NCBI GenBank assembly: GCA_025449695.1
Contig: JANWIW010000036.1
Span: 320 to 64,319, forward strand
Length of the DNA stretch: 64,000 bases
Origin: Minisyncoccota bacterium
GTDB lineage: Bacteria; Patescibacteriota; Minisyncoccia; UBA6257; 2-01-FULL-56-20
Direction: 5' to 3'
Made by a program: the position numbers and the translations under genes. A model generated the notes under the pieces. That model was not told the DNA's origin, ran no database searches, and was given only the letters and a program-made list of their open reading frames with translations. Within the stretch, counting starts at the first letter, position 1. Each line of letters opens with the position of its first letter. Below are positions 26,936 through 36,713 of this stretch, in pieces.

Positions 26936-27886
26936 TCACTGTCCCCAGACTGTAATGGGTGCTTGAGGCGTGCCGACTGTCGCGAGATACGACACATCGC
27001 CGGTTTCTCGCGCACGTTGGACGAGCCACAAATCGCACTCTCGTTCGAACCGCTCGTAGTCCGTCAAGGTTGCGATTACCCGTGGCGTCGGCTTCCTCTC
27101 GGGACAGAAACGCGCAGGGAGGGCAGTGCCGATGACGATAAGCAACGTAGCAGCGGCGACGGTCAGCGCCTTCACTACACGACGGACAACTCGCGCTCGC
27201 GCCGTGAACTGGTCAAGGAAGTGGTAGCGCATCTCGAACGCCGTCTCCGCCGCTTCCATTGCGATCCGCAGCTCTTCTTCACTCGTGATGAACCGGTTGA
27301 GGAGCGTATCGAAAGCGTTGGAGTGCCCCTCTCCTTCGCCGTCCTCGTGCAGCTCGTCGTGGAGAAAGTGTGGCCAGTAAAACTGGGACTGCTCTTGAGC
27401 GAGGCCAAAGCGAGCGAGTTGCGGGCATACATGTCGGTAGGTTTCCCCCACCAACACTTCGCCTGCGATCCGCAACGTAACGAGCGCCGCGAGATCGTAG
27501 TGCTCCTGCGGATAGCGAACGAGCTCGTACATCCTTCGGACAGTCCTCCGGGTTGTGAAACTTGCCGGAGGGTTGAGAGCGATTGCAGCCGGGATGCCGA
27601 GCTGCTGTAGGTCCTCCAGTCGGTTCTCTTGATGCGTAGGGGCGTCGGCCGGGATTTCGTCTCGAAGAATGTTGCGGATCAGCTCTCGCGCCGATTCCGA
27701 GGCGAACCCCTGATTGGTTCGCTCGTACCATTTCACGAACTCGGCCGAGAGATAGCCCAACTGCAAGAGAAATGCGGCAAACTCCTTGCGCGAGGCAGAC
27801 GGCAGGTGCAGGAAGAAGGGGTGGTCTGCAAAACGGTCGATGAGCGTGCGCTCAAAGGCCATGTAGCGACGGGCGAACTCTGACAT
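26936..27886 (-). CDS. Heme-oxygenase-like diiron (iron-containing redox) enzyme with C-terminal TM helix
   Basis: HPFF, RDE..TH, AGE, FYWPHFLHD..GH ligand pattern of HDO/CADD-like proteins. Confidence 0.7.
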   Translation of the reverse strand: MSEFARRYMAFERTLIDRFADHPFFLHLPSASRKEFAAFLLQLGYLSAEFVKWYERTNQGFASESARELIRNILRDEIPADAPTHQENRLEDLQQLGIPAAIALNPPASFTTRRTVRRMYELVRYPQEHYDLAALVTLRIAGEVLVGETYRHVCPQLARFGLAQEQSQFYWPHFLHDELHEDGEGEGHSNAFDTLLNRFITSEEELRIAMEAAETAFEMRYHFLDQFTARARVVRRVVKALTVAAATLLIVIGTALPARFCPERKPTPRVIATLTDYERFERECDLWLVQRARETGDVSYLATVGTPQAPITVWGQ

Positions 27887-28038
27887 GATCTATCCTTTCC
27901 GGGTTTTCAACCCTGCTTTTCTGCACACATCTTACCCTAAAGTTTCTATGTTGTCAATAATTTGTATACAGCTTTGTAGTATTGTTTTTACTACACTATC
28001 CGTGTAAAAATGAGATTGTTGTAAGATTGTTTTTACAC

Positions 28039-28788
28039 ATGCTCAATCCCTCAAAACTTAAGGATTTTGGCCTCGGTGACAAAGAAGCCAGAGTTTATCT
28101 AGCGCTCTTGGAGGTTGGAGAGGCCAAAGCTCACGAGATAGCGAGTAAGGCCGGTGTAGCTCGACCGGCCGTCTACGATCTACTGAACCGACTTACCGAA
28201 GAAGGATTAGTGGGAACAATCCAAAAAAACAAAGTCGCTTACTTCGTCGCCAATAGCCCGGAGACCATACGGCGCGGGCTAGAGGAAAAGCAACGGGTAT
28301 TCGATCAACTACTGCCCGAGCTGCGATCGGCATTCAACACTACCAAGTCCAAGCCAAGAATTCTTTATTACGAGGGGGTGGAGGGCATCAAAACCGTATT
28401 TGAAGATACGTTGACCGCGCATAATAAAACACTCCTCGGCATTCTCTCAATGGAAGATCTATTTAAAACTCCGGGCAAAGAGTACATGGATGATTATGTG
28501 GCAAGGCGCGTTGCGGCCGGATACACGCTTCGCGTGATCCGCAGCAAGCCGAAAGAGGTCGGCCATGCATGGCAATCTGCCCCTGGCGAGAAGCGCGAGT
28601 TGCGTTACCCACCGGCAAGTATGGTGTTCGACATGACAACCTACATTTACGACGACAAGGTGGGCCTGATCTCAACGGAAAAAGAGAATTTTGGTTTAAT
28701 AATCGAGAGTGTGGAGTACAGTAATAATATGCGCCATCTTTTCGAGGCTTTGTGGCAGATCAGTACCGCAGATAGACCCCATCAATAA
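28039..28788 (+). CDS. TrmB-family transcriptional regulator
   Basis: GLGDKEARVYLALL, RPAVYDLL, YYEGVEG, IYDDKV. Confidence 0.9.
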   Translation: MLNPSKLKDFGLGDKEARVYLALLEVGEAKAHEIASKAGVARPAVYDLLNRLTEEGLVGTIQKNKVAYFVANSPETIRRGLEEKQRVFDQLLPELRSAFNTTKSKPRILYYEGVEGIKTVFEDTLTAHNKTLLGILSMEDLFKTPGKEYMDDYVARRVAAGYTLRVIRSKPKEVGHAWQSAPGEKRELRYPPASMVFDMTTYIYDDKVGLISTEKENFGLIIESVEYSNNMRHLFEALWQISTADRPHQ

Positions 28789-29525
28789 TCTGAAATGCCT
28801 TCAAATACTTTTACCGCCGGACCGGTCATATAGATCTTGCCGTCCTTCTGCTCGATTACGAGCGTTCCTCCGGGAGAAATCACCCTGACGACATTTGAGA
28901 CCAGCCCTTTAGAAAGGGCGGCAGTTGCAGCCGCGCACGCGCCGGTGCCACAGGCCAAGGTATGTCCCACCGACCGCTCCCACGTTCTTATCTCGAGGGC
29001 GTCCCTGCTTCGAACCCACACAAAATCTACATTGGTCTTGTTGGGGAATAGATCTGTCCGGTGTTCCAATGCGCGGCCTTCTTCCTGCCAGTCAAAATCA
29101 AAATTCTTTACGAAAACTACTGCATGAGGCGTCCCTATCTGCATGGCGAAGATGTCCTTATGTTCTGTTATTGCCGGAATCGCTCCCATTTCAACCCTTA
29201 CATCCTTATCCCCTATTAAAGTTGCCTTCGTTATACCTGCGCGCGTCTCAATGGCAATATCTTTCCCTGCTTTCTTAGCCACACAGCGCAACGCATTCCC
29301 GCAGGTTTCTGCCTCTGTACCGTCCGGATTGAATATCTCCATGCGGCAATTCACCCCTGTGCTGGGACCTACTATCACAAGGCCGTCCGCGCCAACACCA
29401 AATCGCCTGTTACATAGTTGCCTGGCAAGCTCGGAGGTTGCGGGTAAGCGCTTCTGATTCCCCTCGATAAGTACGAAGTCGTTACCTGCAGCCTGCCATT
29501 TCTCGAATCTCAGAGGCATGCTCAC
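28782..29525 (-). CDS. dapF: Diaminopimelate epimerase or DapF-fold racemase
   Basis: GNDF, GVGADG, NPDG..CGN, GTPH, ERSVG.TLACGTGA (both catalytic Cys). Confidence 0.85.
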   Translation of the reverse strand: MSMPLRFEKWQAAGNDFVLIEGNQKRLPATSELARQLCNRRFGVGADGLVIVGPSTGVNCRMEIFNPDGTEAETCGNALRCVAKKAGKDIAIETRAGITKATLIGDKDVRVEMGAIPAITEHKDIFAMQIGTPHAVVFVKNFDFDWQEEGRALEHRTDLFPNKTNVDFVWVRSRDALEIRTWERSVGHTLACGTGACAAATAALSKGLVSNVVRVISPGGTLVIEQKDGKIYMTGPAVKVFEGISDY

Positions 29526-30487
29526 AAAGGCCGTGCCAGGAACGCATAAGCTAAGTGGCCAACTCTCTTATCTTCATTCACAAGGCTATAAGCTTCTTCG
29601 GCATTGATCTCGGCTGATCTGATGATTTCCCTTATCGTCGGTTCGTCATAGCCATCAACGGTACCAGGGACATCTATGCCGGTTCTCTCTTTAAGCAGCG
29701 CGGTGGCTTGCTCGTACTTGTAGAATGAGAATTCTATTCCGTTCTCTTTCTCGTAAATGGCGTACTGCTCCAGGAATTGGGCATCGCTCTGCATCATGAA
29801 CACGATATCCGTGCGTTCATAGGCAAGCCCTGCACGCCTAAAGCATTCCGCGATAGCACTGGTCGGCACTCTGCCACCGATCAACGTAACAAGGGAGCCT
29901 CCGGGAAGAAGTTTTTCTTTAGCCGATCGCAAAAAGCCGAGTTGCGATAAGAGAGAATACTTTTTGAGAACGTCCTCTTCGCTTTCTGCAAGGTAAGCAT
30001 ATGGCCTTGCGTCAGTAAGGGTAGTGGTCGCGAGATTTTTTTCGAGCTTGCTAGAGTCCACCATCACCAAGGGAAGATTGCCGTAAATGAAGTCAACCTT
30101 CTCAGACAAAGGGTCACAATCTCTGCCTGCTAAATAGGTGATCTTTTTTCTTTCCAAAACATCTGACGGGACATTTTTCTCAATGTTTTTTCTTATATCA
30201 GGCAGAATCTCCGGGATGATGTCTGTAATGTAAAGATTTTCTATTTCGGGAAATATATTCAGCGCCGCTATCGCGTCAATACCATTGCCACAGCCAATGA
30301 TCGCCATGGAGCGGATACTCTTCTTCTCTACGGCCAAGCGCTTCATTGCCCGGAGAGCAAGATAGAGCCAATCATCCTTAGGGTTCGCTTCCAGCCCGGA
30401 CATATCATCGGAAACGGTGATCTCACCCTTGGCATCGATATCCACGGCCGTCATGAGGGCAGAAAAATCTATCGTCGTCATGCGCAT
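29522..30487 (-). CDS. Class I SAM-dependent methyltransferase
   Basis: IIGCGNGID, ITD, DFIYGNLP, LLPGG; stop overlaps the dapF start. Confidence 0.75.
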   Translation of the reverse strand: MRMTTIDFSALMTAVDIDAKGEITVSDDMSGLEANPKDDWLYLALRAMKRLAVEKKSIRSMAIIGCGNGIDAIAALNIFPEIENLYITDIIPEILPDIRKNIEKNVPSDVLERKKITYLAGRDCDPLSEKVDFIYGNLPLVMVDSSKLEKNLATTTLTDARPYAYLAESEEDVLKKYSLLSQLGFLRSAKEKLLPGGSLVTLIGGRVPTSAIAECFRRAGLAYERTDIVFMMQSDAQFLEQYAIYEKENGIEFSFYKYEQATALLKERTGIDVPGTVDGYDEPTIREIIRSAEINAEEAYSLVNEDKRVGHLAYAFLARPL

Positions 30488-30609
30488 AGTCTAATTTTTC
30501 ACGCAAATCTGTAAATTTTCTTATTACAGCGCGGCCACAATTTGACAATAAAACCAATAAAATCTATGTTTATTAGTATCTTCTGTGTAAGTAACTAACT
30601 TACGACTTT

Positions 30610-31389
30610 ATGAACAAGATTGAAGAAATCCTTAAAAACCTTGAGTTGAACGAGAACGAGCGAAAGATCTTCTTAGCTTCTCTGCGCATCGGCTTGGCCC
30701 CAATAAGCCAGGTGGCACGCGAGGCCGGCCTTGGCAGGACATATGCCTATGAGCTGGTGGAGCAGTTGAAAGAAAAAGGTCTGCTCGCTGAAACTGAGGA
30801 GAAGGGTGTGCGAAAAATAGAAACTCTCGACTATGAAGGGGTCTTGGCCTATATCGGCCGGAAGCAGCGGGATATGGAGATCGTGGCAAGAGCCCTGATA
30901 AGGTCGGAGAAGGATTTCAAGGCTGCCCGCGCGGGGGTTCCGAGCAAGACGAAGGTTCGCTTTTTTGAAGGAGTCGAAGGAATAAAGAGCATCAACTCAG
31001 AAATCAGGAAAGACCTTGAAAAGCTGCGCCATCCCTATAAGTTTCACGTTGTGTTTTCGGCAGATCGCATGGAATCTGTCCTGCCGGGATGGATAGAACA
31101 GAACCAGCACATTTATTATGAACCCCACATGCGGAAGTACGCGATTGTAAGCGGGACCCCCTTGCTTCAAAAATTCATGGAGCAGGTACGGAACCGCGAA
31201 CAAAGAAATTTCTTTTCTAAAATATGGCCGAGCAGTAAAACTGAGTTCCCCACCGACACCTTGTGCTGGTTAGATAAGTTGGCCTATCTTGATATGGAAG
31301 GTCATCCTTCGGGCATAATTATCCAAAACAAGGCTATCGCGGACACCTTCGTAATGTGGTTCGAGCAGATGTGGACCAGCTTACGCTAG
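30610..31389 (+). CDS. TrmB-family transcriptional regulator
   Basis: LNENERKIFLA, GRTYAYEL, VRFFEGVEG. Confidence 0.88.
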   Translation: MNKIEEILKNLELNENERKIFLASLRIGLAPISQVAREAGLGRTYAYELVEQLKEKGLLAETEEKGVRKIETLDYEGVLAYIGRKQRDMEIVARALIRSEKDFKAARAGVPSKTKVRFFEGVEGIKSINSEIRKDLEKLRHPYKFHVVFSADRMESVLPGWIEQNQHIYYEPHMRKYAIVSGTPLLQKFMEQVRNREQRNFFSKIWPSSKTEFPTDTLCWLDKLAYLDMEGHPSGIIIQNKAIADTFVMWFEQMWTSLR

Positions 31390-31396
31390 TGCCTAT

Positions 31397-31801
31397 CTAC
31401 GACCAAAGAGAGAACTTCTTGGTCAGTTCATCAAGCGTACTTTTCTCCCCAACAATGCAGATGCCATAATACTCTAGTTCCAGCTCAGGGGTATCCTTGG
31501 ATCGCTCAACTTGCTCTTCCCATCCTCCAACTGTCATGGCGCTAGTAAACGACGCGAAAGGAATGCCTTTCTCGACACAAACATTACGAAGCGCCCGTAT
31601 CTTGTTGGAGTTATCGGCCCGGAGAATGATGTAAGGCCACTTCGAGGCCATGTGCATGCCTCCATCCTTGTCTGCATAGCTTATGACGCCCATATCAACT
31701 TCTGGATGCGAGTTCACTAGGCCCACTGTCATGTGAGCTAAGGCGTTCATTATTTTACCTGTTTCAATCTTCTTATTTAGAACGGCGACGAATTTAGTCA
31801 T
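31397..31801 (-). CDS. DUF2000 family protein (Pth2-like fold)
   Basis: MNALAH, Y.DKDG..H, PYIILRA, Y.GI..G...LTKKFSLW. Confidence 0.8.
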   Translation of the reverse strand: MTKFVAVLNKKIETGKIMNALAHMTVGLVNSHPEVDMGVISYADKDGGMHMASKWPYIILRADNSNKIRALRNVCVEKGIPFASFTSAMTVGGWEEQVERSKDTPELELEYYGICIVGEKSTLDELTKKFSLWS

Positions 31802-31825
31802 GATGATGTAGGTTCTTTGAGAAGT

Positions 31826-32959
31826 TTAGGGCATAGTTGGTATGAAATCGGCATCATCGAATGGATAGTAGCGATTTACGTAAACATTGTTCACAACAAT
31901 TTTTCCTTCTGTCTGTATATACTGCAAAGATATCTTCAGTTTTTTTTCTTCGTCTGCTCCGCGCATGCTTCTCATAAAGCCCGATTCGTAAGCGGTAACT
32001 CTGTTATAGATCAACCCCTTTTCACGCTCTTGAGTTTTACGTTGGATTACCTTGAGGCCTACATCAACATTAAAGATTCCTGGAGAATCTTCGCGGATAT
32101 CGAGTATGTTAAGTCCTAGAAAATCATATCCTCCTTTTACTAATTGGTCATCGGCAGTCTCTCCGAAAAAACTCATTTGTGTTCTAGATGCGTGCGCCCA
32201 AAAGTTATCTCTGCCTGGGCTTGTGACCAAAAGAGTATTTACCTGTAGCATAATTTCTCCGATTTTCCTTTTTATCTCATCTTCAACTAATGAGTGCTTT
32301 CTTTTCAACTCAAGATTTAAAACCAATTCTTTATCCAGATATTCTTTTAATTCGGGCAGGGTGCTCAAGATAGTAAGGCTGTTCTTTGAAAAAACTGCGA
32401 ATTCTTGGCTCAATTCGTCTACTTTAAAATCTTCTGTGTTATTTGTACAAAAAATATAGTGGCTTTCTTTATTCTCCTTAACATCGGCAAGAATAGTGAG
32501 CCAAATAAGCGTATCTTTAAATCCTTTGTCTCCTTTGTTTGCGAATGGAGGTATGTGACGCAGAGATCTTTCGACTAAGTCCTTGGTAGGAATTGTCGGC
32601 AGAGGAAGCAATGCTATATCGTTAGCCTTCAAAAACTTTGTTCCCTCTTCGCGCAAAGCTTTTTCCACATCACGTTCTGAGAGTTCTATCTTGTCCTCTT
32701 TCGTAGTAAATGGCTTCAGCTTTTCAACAGCATCTTCATGTTTTGCAATCACTGCCTGTACAACATCAAATCTCTGGGCAACTCTCTCTTCCAGGACTAC
32801 CGTGGGAACTTTAACCTCTACATTGCTCTTAAGATCGTTCTCATCTAGAAATGATAAAAGATCTTCAAAAGATGTGTTGAATATCTGGTCTAGTTTCTCC
32901 TCTCTGTCACGCCACAAAAAATTAGTATCCAGTACGACATTGAATTTCTTTTTATTCAT
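31826..32959 (-). CDS. PIN-domain protein (DUF4935-like)
   Basis: VVLDTN, VVLEE, PPF..KGFKDTLIW, TNN..DF. Confidence 0.85.
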   Translation of the reverse strand: MNKKKFNVVLDTNFLWRDREEKLDQIFNTSFEDLLSFLDENDLKSNVEVKVPTVVLEERVAQRFDVVQAVIAKHEDAVEKLKPFTTKEDKIELSERDVEKALREEGTKFLKANDIALLPLPTIPTKDLVERSLRHIPPFANKGDKGFKDTLIWLTILADVKENKESHYIFCTNNTEDFKVDELSQEFAVFSKNSLTILSTLPELKEYLDKELVLNLELKRKHSLVEDEIKRKIGEIMLQVNTLLVTSPGRDNFWAHASRTQMSFFGETADDQLVKGGYDFLGLNILDIREDSPGIFNVDVGLKVIQRKTQEREKGLIYNRVTAYESGFMRSMRGADEEKKLKISLQYIQTEGKIVVNNVYVNRYYPFDDADFIPTMP

Positions 32960-32976
32960 GGTTTATCTAAGGATTA

Positions 32977-33654
32977 CTATGGAGTTCGCATTGCCCCTCC
33001 TTGATGCAAATTGATGTGCATGAATCTTTCTTCCTCCACGGAAATTGTACGACTTCTAAAGACATCTTCGATAACAAAATTCTTTGTATTGAAATCTTCT
33101 TGAAATTTTTTGGCGTAGAAATTTCTCAAAATGAAACCTATAAACATATTGGGGGTAATTGGAGAGCATAGAGGAAGACGACAATCTGCATATTGAGAAA
33201 TATGAAGATGACTTCTGGGATGAGCCATATTAACAAAGCTGTGAGGCGCGTAATCAAATCTCAGGGGGACTGGTAGCTCTACCATTGCAAGCGCCGAGCT
33301 TTCACCGGAAATATCTTCATTATCAACATCCAATTCGGCTTTTGGAATATAGCAAAGCCGATGTCCAAGAAGATCATTTCCATTGAACTGGTACATCATT
33401 TGCACCAAGGCTCCATCAAAAAGCTCGAAGTTATAGTTCTTTACTTTTATCAAAGCCTTATAAGCCTCCGCATAAGGAATGCCGCCCAACAAAGGCCCCA
33501 AAGAGGACTGTCCTGCCCAGGTTATCTCAATTTGACGCCCGTTCTGGCGAGCACTTGGAAAGTTCTGATTTACAACCCATCCTTTACCAATCAAATCTTC
33601 TGTTATCTTCTTAATCTCCTTAATAACTGCGGTGGGGGTGCTAGATATCCTCAT
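32977..33654 (-). CDS. DUF2290 family protein
   Basis: DGALVQMMY, HRL, PLRFDY, HPRSHLHI..CRLP..PITP..F..FILRNFY. Confidence 0.85.
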   Translation of the reverse strand: MRISSTPTAVIKEIKKITEDLIGKGWVVNQNFPSARQNGRQIEITWAGQSSLGPLLGGIPYAEAYKALIKVKNYNFELFDGALVQMMYQFNGNDLLGHRLCYIPKAELDVDNEDISGESSALAMVELPVPLRFDYAPHSFVNMAHPRSHLHISQYADCRLPLCSPITPNMFIGFILRNFYAKKFQEDFNTKNFVIEDVFRSRTISVEEERFMHINLHQGGAMRTP

Positions 33655-35740
33655 CACCAAGAAATATTTTTTTAAGTTGTTCGCGAACATCAGGATCTAT
33701 ATTTTCAAATCTAATTTTTTCCTCATTTAGGTCTTGAATCAACTTTATTAAGTTTTTGTTGCTTCGATCTATCTCTCTATGTTCGTCTGTTGTTTTCTCG
33801 CGATTAAGAACGTTAATCTTTTCCATTGCCTTAAGGGTTGGGTACGTAAAATCCAATGTAAAGTTATTGGTCTTAACTTGCTCAAACTCTTCTATTAACA
33901 TATCCATCTTTGGCCCTACTCCATAGACTCTAACCCAGGCCTTGCTACGCGTCATCGCTGTAAAAAGAATATTTCTTCGCTTTATTATATCGGACCCAAT
34001 ATAAACATATTCTGCGTTGAGAACGTAAACCATTGGGGCTTCGTTCCCTTTCACACGATGAATACCAGAAAGTGTTACAGAATTGTCTTGGTAAAATTCA
34101 TCGCGAGAACTTGTAACTCCTACTATATGAGAATTTATTTTTTTCTTAAAAAGAATTTCAGATAATGGACCTAAGGCTTGAGGAGTAATAAAAGGGTCTG
34201 CGTTAATTACCACGATATCTCTAGTTTGAAGCTCTTCCTTTCTTAAGTTTTTTATAATCTCTTCCGCAACTGATTGAATTTGCTCGGTGTTATTTTTAAA
34301 AGTCTTAAAGACTATAATATCCTCTGCCGGAGAATGTTCTTGAAGAAAGATTGGGCTCGTATCATTAGTACGCTTAAGCCTTACTTTCCTACCATATCCC
34401 AAATCACCACTTTCCACTTGATATCCAATATCTCGCCACAAGGATGGATCATCGAACATCTGGACGAGACCTTCTTGGCGATATATTCCGAAACCTAGAG
34501 CATGGGCAGTTACCAGTACGGGGGCAGAATTTCTATAGCACTTCTCAAGAATAATGTCTTCTTTCGGTTTGTTTGGCTCATTATGAAGCTCGCGCCCCAA
34601 AACTTCTTTCGTGCTGCGCATCGAGGCTTCGTTTAACTTCTGAAGTTCATCGTAAGCCCAAATCAACCTTTTCGGTTTTCTCAATATTGCATAGCAAAGC
34701 TTAAGAAAAGAATCTGAAAAATCTTGCGCTTCATCAATTAGAATAGCGTCATATGTCTCTCTGAACTCATTTTTTTGCTCTAGCGCTTTACTGCAAACTA
34801 AGTCAAATTTATCTCTTCCCCAAGAAGCTGACTCCTTTGAAGTTCGTACATCCATGAACGAAATCCCGTTGTTTACACATATTTCAAAATAGATTCCCGG
34901 AGAACTTGCGCTTCCCCAGGCATGAAGTATCTTCACTTTTTCCCAGTCAGGCTCTTCGTTTTTTTGTTCAATTGTGAACTTAGTTATCAGATCCTTGAAC
35001 TGTCCTTTCAAGGATCTGGAGCTAAATGTTACAGCTATATTCCAATCGGGATGGGTCGAATGCAAGTAAGCAGCTTTTAATGCCAGGATGATGGTTTTTC
35101 CAGAACCTGCTAATCCTCTAATCCTCTGGGGACCCTCTGCGCTCTCAATCACAGCCGCACTCTGATGTCTGTCTAAATTCGCAATTGAATTCTCTAGGTT
35201 TCTAACTTTTGCTCCGCGAGAGTCGCTTTTTACAGTTTCCGGACGCTTTATACCTGCTCTCAATTTCGTAACCGCCTGTACTACAGAAACAAGATGCCTA
35301 AATGTGGTTTCTGACACAGGAACAAGCGTCGAAGACAAAAGGTCGCGCAATCCATCATTGTTTAAAAGTATGTCGGGATCAAGATTGGCCTGGCGACAGC
35401 CAGGTGCATAAGTAACTACATTGACTTCAACCTTCAACTTCCTTTTATCAACTAATTCTTTGTACTGAAGAAGCTTAGCATTTAAGTTATTGTATATTTC
35501 ATCCCTTTTCTGTAGATGATCACTTTGAATGCTGTCTCCCTCTACCAAGTCGAATACTACAAGGCCGTATTGGTTCGAAACGAACATCGCATCTAAAACC
35601 AATGCCCCATTGGGGGTCCCTACGATTGGATAGCCGGTGTACAGTATGCCGCTCAAATCAGCAGACCTACTTCTGAAATAGTCCAACAGTAATCCCGTAG
35701 ATACAGGCTTGGTGTTCGACCCATTGATGACCTCAACCAT
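33641..35740 (-). CDS. Superfamily 1 (UvrD-like) helicase with N-terminal nuclease-like domain
   Basis: GLAGSGKT, IDEAQD, CYRN, HRVKGNE, FTAMTRSK. Confidence 0.9.
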   Translation of the reverse strand: MVEVINGSNTKPVSTGLLLDYFRSRSADLSGILYTGYPIVGTPNGALVLDAMFVSNQYGLVVFDLVEGDSIQSDHLQKRDEIYNNLNAKLLQYKELVDKRKLKVEVNVVTYAPGCRQANLDPDILLNNDGLRDLLSSTLVPVSETTFRHLVSVVQAVTKLRAGIKRPETVKSDSRGAKVRNLENSIANLDRHQSAAVIESAEGPQRIRGLAGSGKTIILALKAAYLHSTHPDWNIAVTFSSRSLKGQFKDLITKFTIEQKNEEPDWEKVKILHAWGSASSPGIYFEICVNNGISFMDVRTSKESASWGRDKFDLVCSKALEQKNEFRETYDAILIDEAQDFSDSFLKLCYAILRKPKRLIWAYDELQKLNEASMRSTKEVLGRELHNEPNKPKEDIILEKCYRNSAPVLVTAHALGFGIYRQEGLVQMFDDPSLWRDIGYQVESGDLGYGRKVRLKRTNDTSPIFLQEHSPAEDIIVFKTFKNNTEQIQSVAEEIIKNLRKEELQTRDIVVINADPFITPQALGPLSEILFKKKINSHIVGVTSSRDEFYQDNSVTLSGIHRVKGNEAPMVYVLNAEYVYIGSDIIKRRNILFTAMTRSKAWVRVYGVGPKMDMLIEEFEQVKTNNFTLDFTYPTLKAMEKINVLNREKTTDEHREIDRSNKNLIKLIQDLNEEKIRFENIDPDVREQLKKIFLGDEDI

Positions 35741-36163
35741 TTGCTACAGTACACATCATTTATCCTCAACTTGCAAGAATCGCATTTACATGCACGGTAT
35801 CTTGAGGAAGCAGAATTCGTAGCTAAGGTTATGACCTCTAACGTTCTCCTCGGTATAAGCGCAAATACCGCGCAATACTCAAGGATTAGGCTCCTCGTGG
35901 CAGGCGCAACTTTGTTGCTTTGCCTTGAAGTCCTGTCCATTTCGCCTGCCCATTTAAGTGCTTACCAGCGAAAACATGGAAAGCGAAATTTCCTTGTAAA
36001 GCCTAGAAATGTGCTCCGTTTCGCTTTCCACTCTTTGGAAATGGGTAACGCCTCATCGCCCGCTTTTATTGGTCGTACAAGTAAGAGGTCTGTCCCATCC
36101 CGCTTAAAACTGTATAGCGAAAAAGATTACAAAACTTATTAGTAATTTAATTTTGCTATACCT

Positions 36164-36664
36164 TTAGTTTTCTTTCAGTTTCACAAGTGCCGCGTCTTTC
36201 ATGGTTGTGCTGTTCGTTTGTACCGATTGGAACAGTGTCCCAATAATAGACTTGGCATCCGCAGCATTTTGTACATTACTTTTCTGGAACAACTCCACAA
36301 TTACAGGAACAACCTCTCGGAAGTTCTCTCGGGTAATTTGGGTTGCCTTAGCAAGCAATTCGACCACTTCTGAGGTGCTATCTACATCTTTGCCAAGAAC
36401 AGAGTACAGTGGACCGAAACCCACAGCGACTTCCTCAAAGTTCAATCCTGTAAGATTTGATATATCATTTATTTTTGCCTCGGCTCGTTCCACTTCTTCG
36501 GCGGTCATCCCCGTTCTGCCTTGAAGCGTAGCTATGGCTTCTTGGCGCTGTGCCGCTCCGACAAATCCCCAGATCAAGAACGCCACCACCGCTAACAAGA
36601 TTATTCCAGTGATGATCCGGTGACGGCCAAACCAGTTCGTAGTTTTTGTATTTTCTTTATCCAT
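36164..36664 (-). CDS. Single-TM protein with a phage tail tape-measure-like helical segment
   Basis: TM helix then LQGRTGMTAEEVE..TGLNFEEVA..LAKATQITRE, resembling tape-measure core repeats. Confidence 0.55.
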   Translation of the reverse strand: MDKENTKTTNWFGRHRIITGIILLAVVAFLIWGFVGAAQRQEAIATLQGRTGMTAEEVERAEAKINDISNLTGLNFEEVAVGFGPLYSVLGKDVDSTSEVVELLAKATQITRENFREVVPVIVELFQKSNVQNAADAKSIIGTLFQSVQTNSTTMKDAALVKLKEN

Positions 36665-36713
36665 TATTTTATTTTGGCTTAATTTGAATCTACGGTAGCG
36701 GCGACCTTGTAGC

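Noticed and set aside
35653-36142. ORFs between the helicase and the tape-measure-like gene
   Set aside because: No RBS or domain and conflicting overlaps; probably intergenic or decayed DNA
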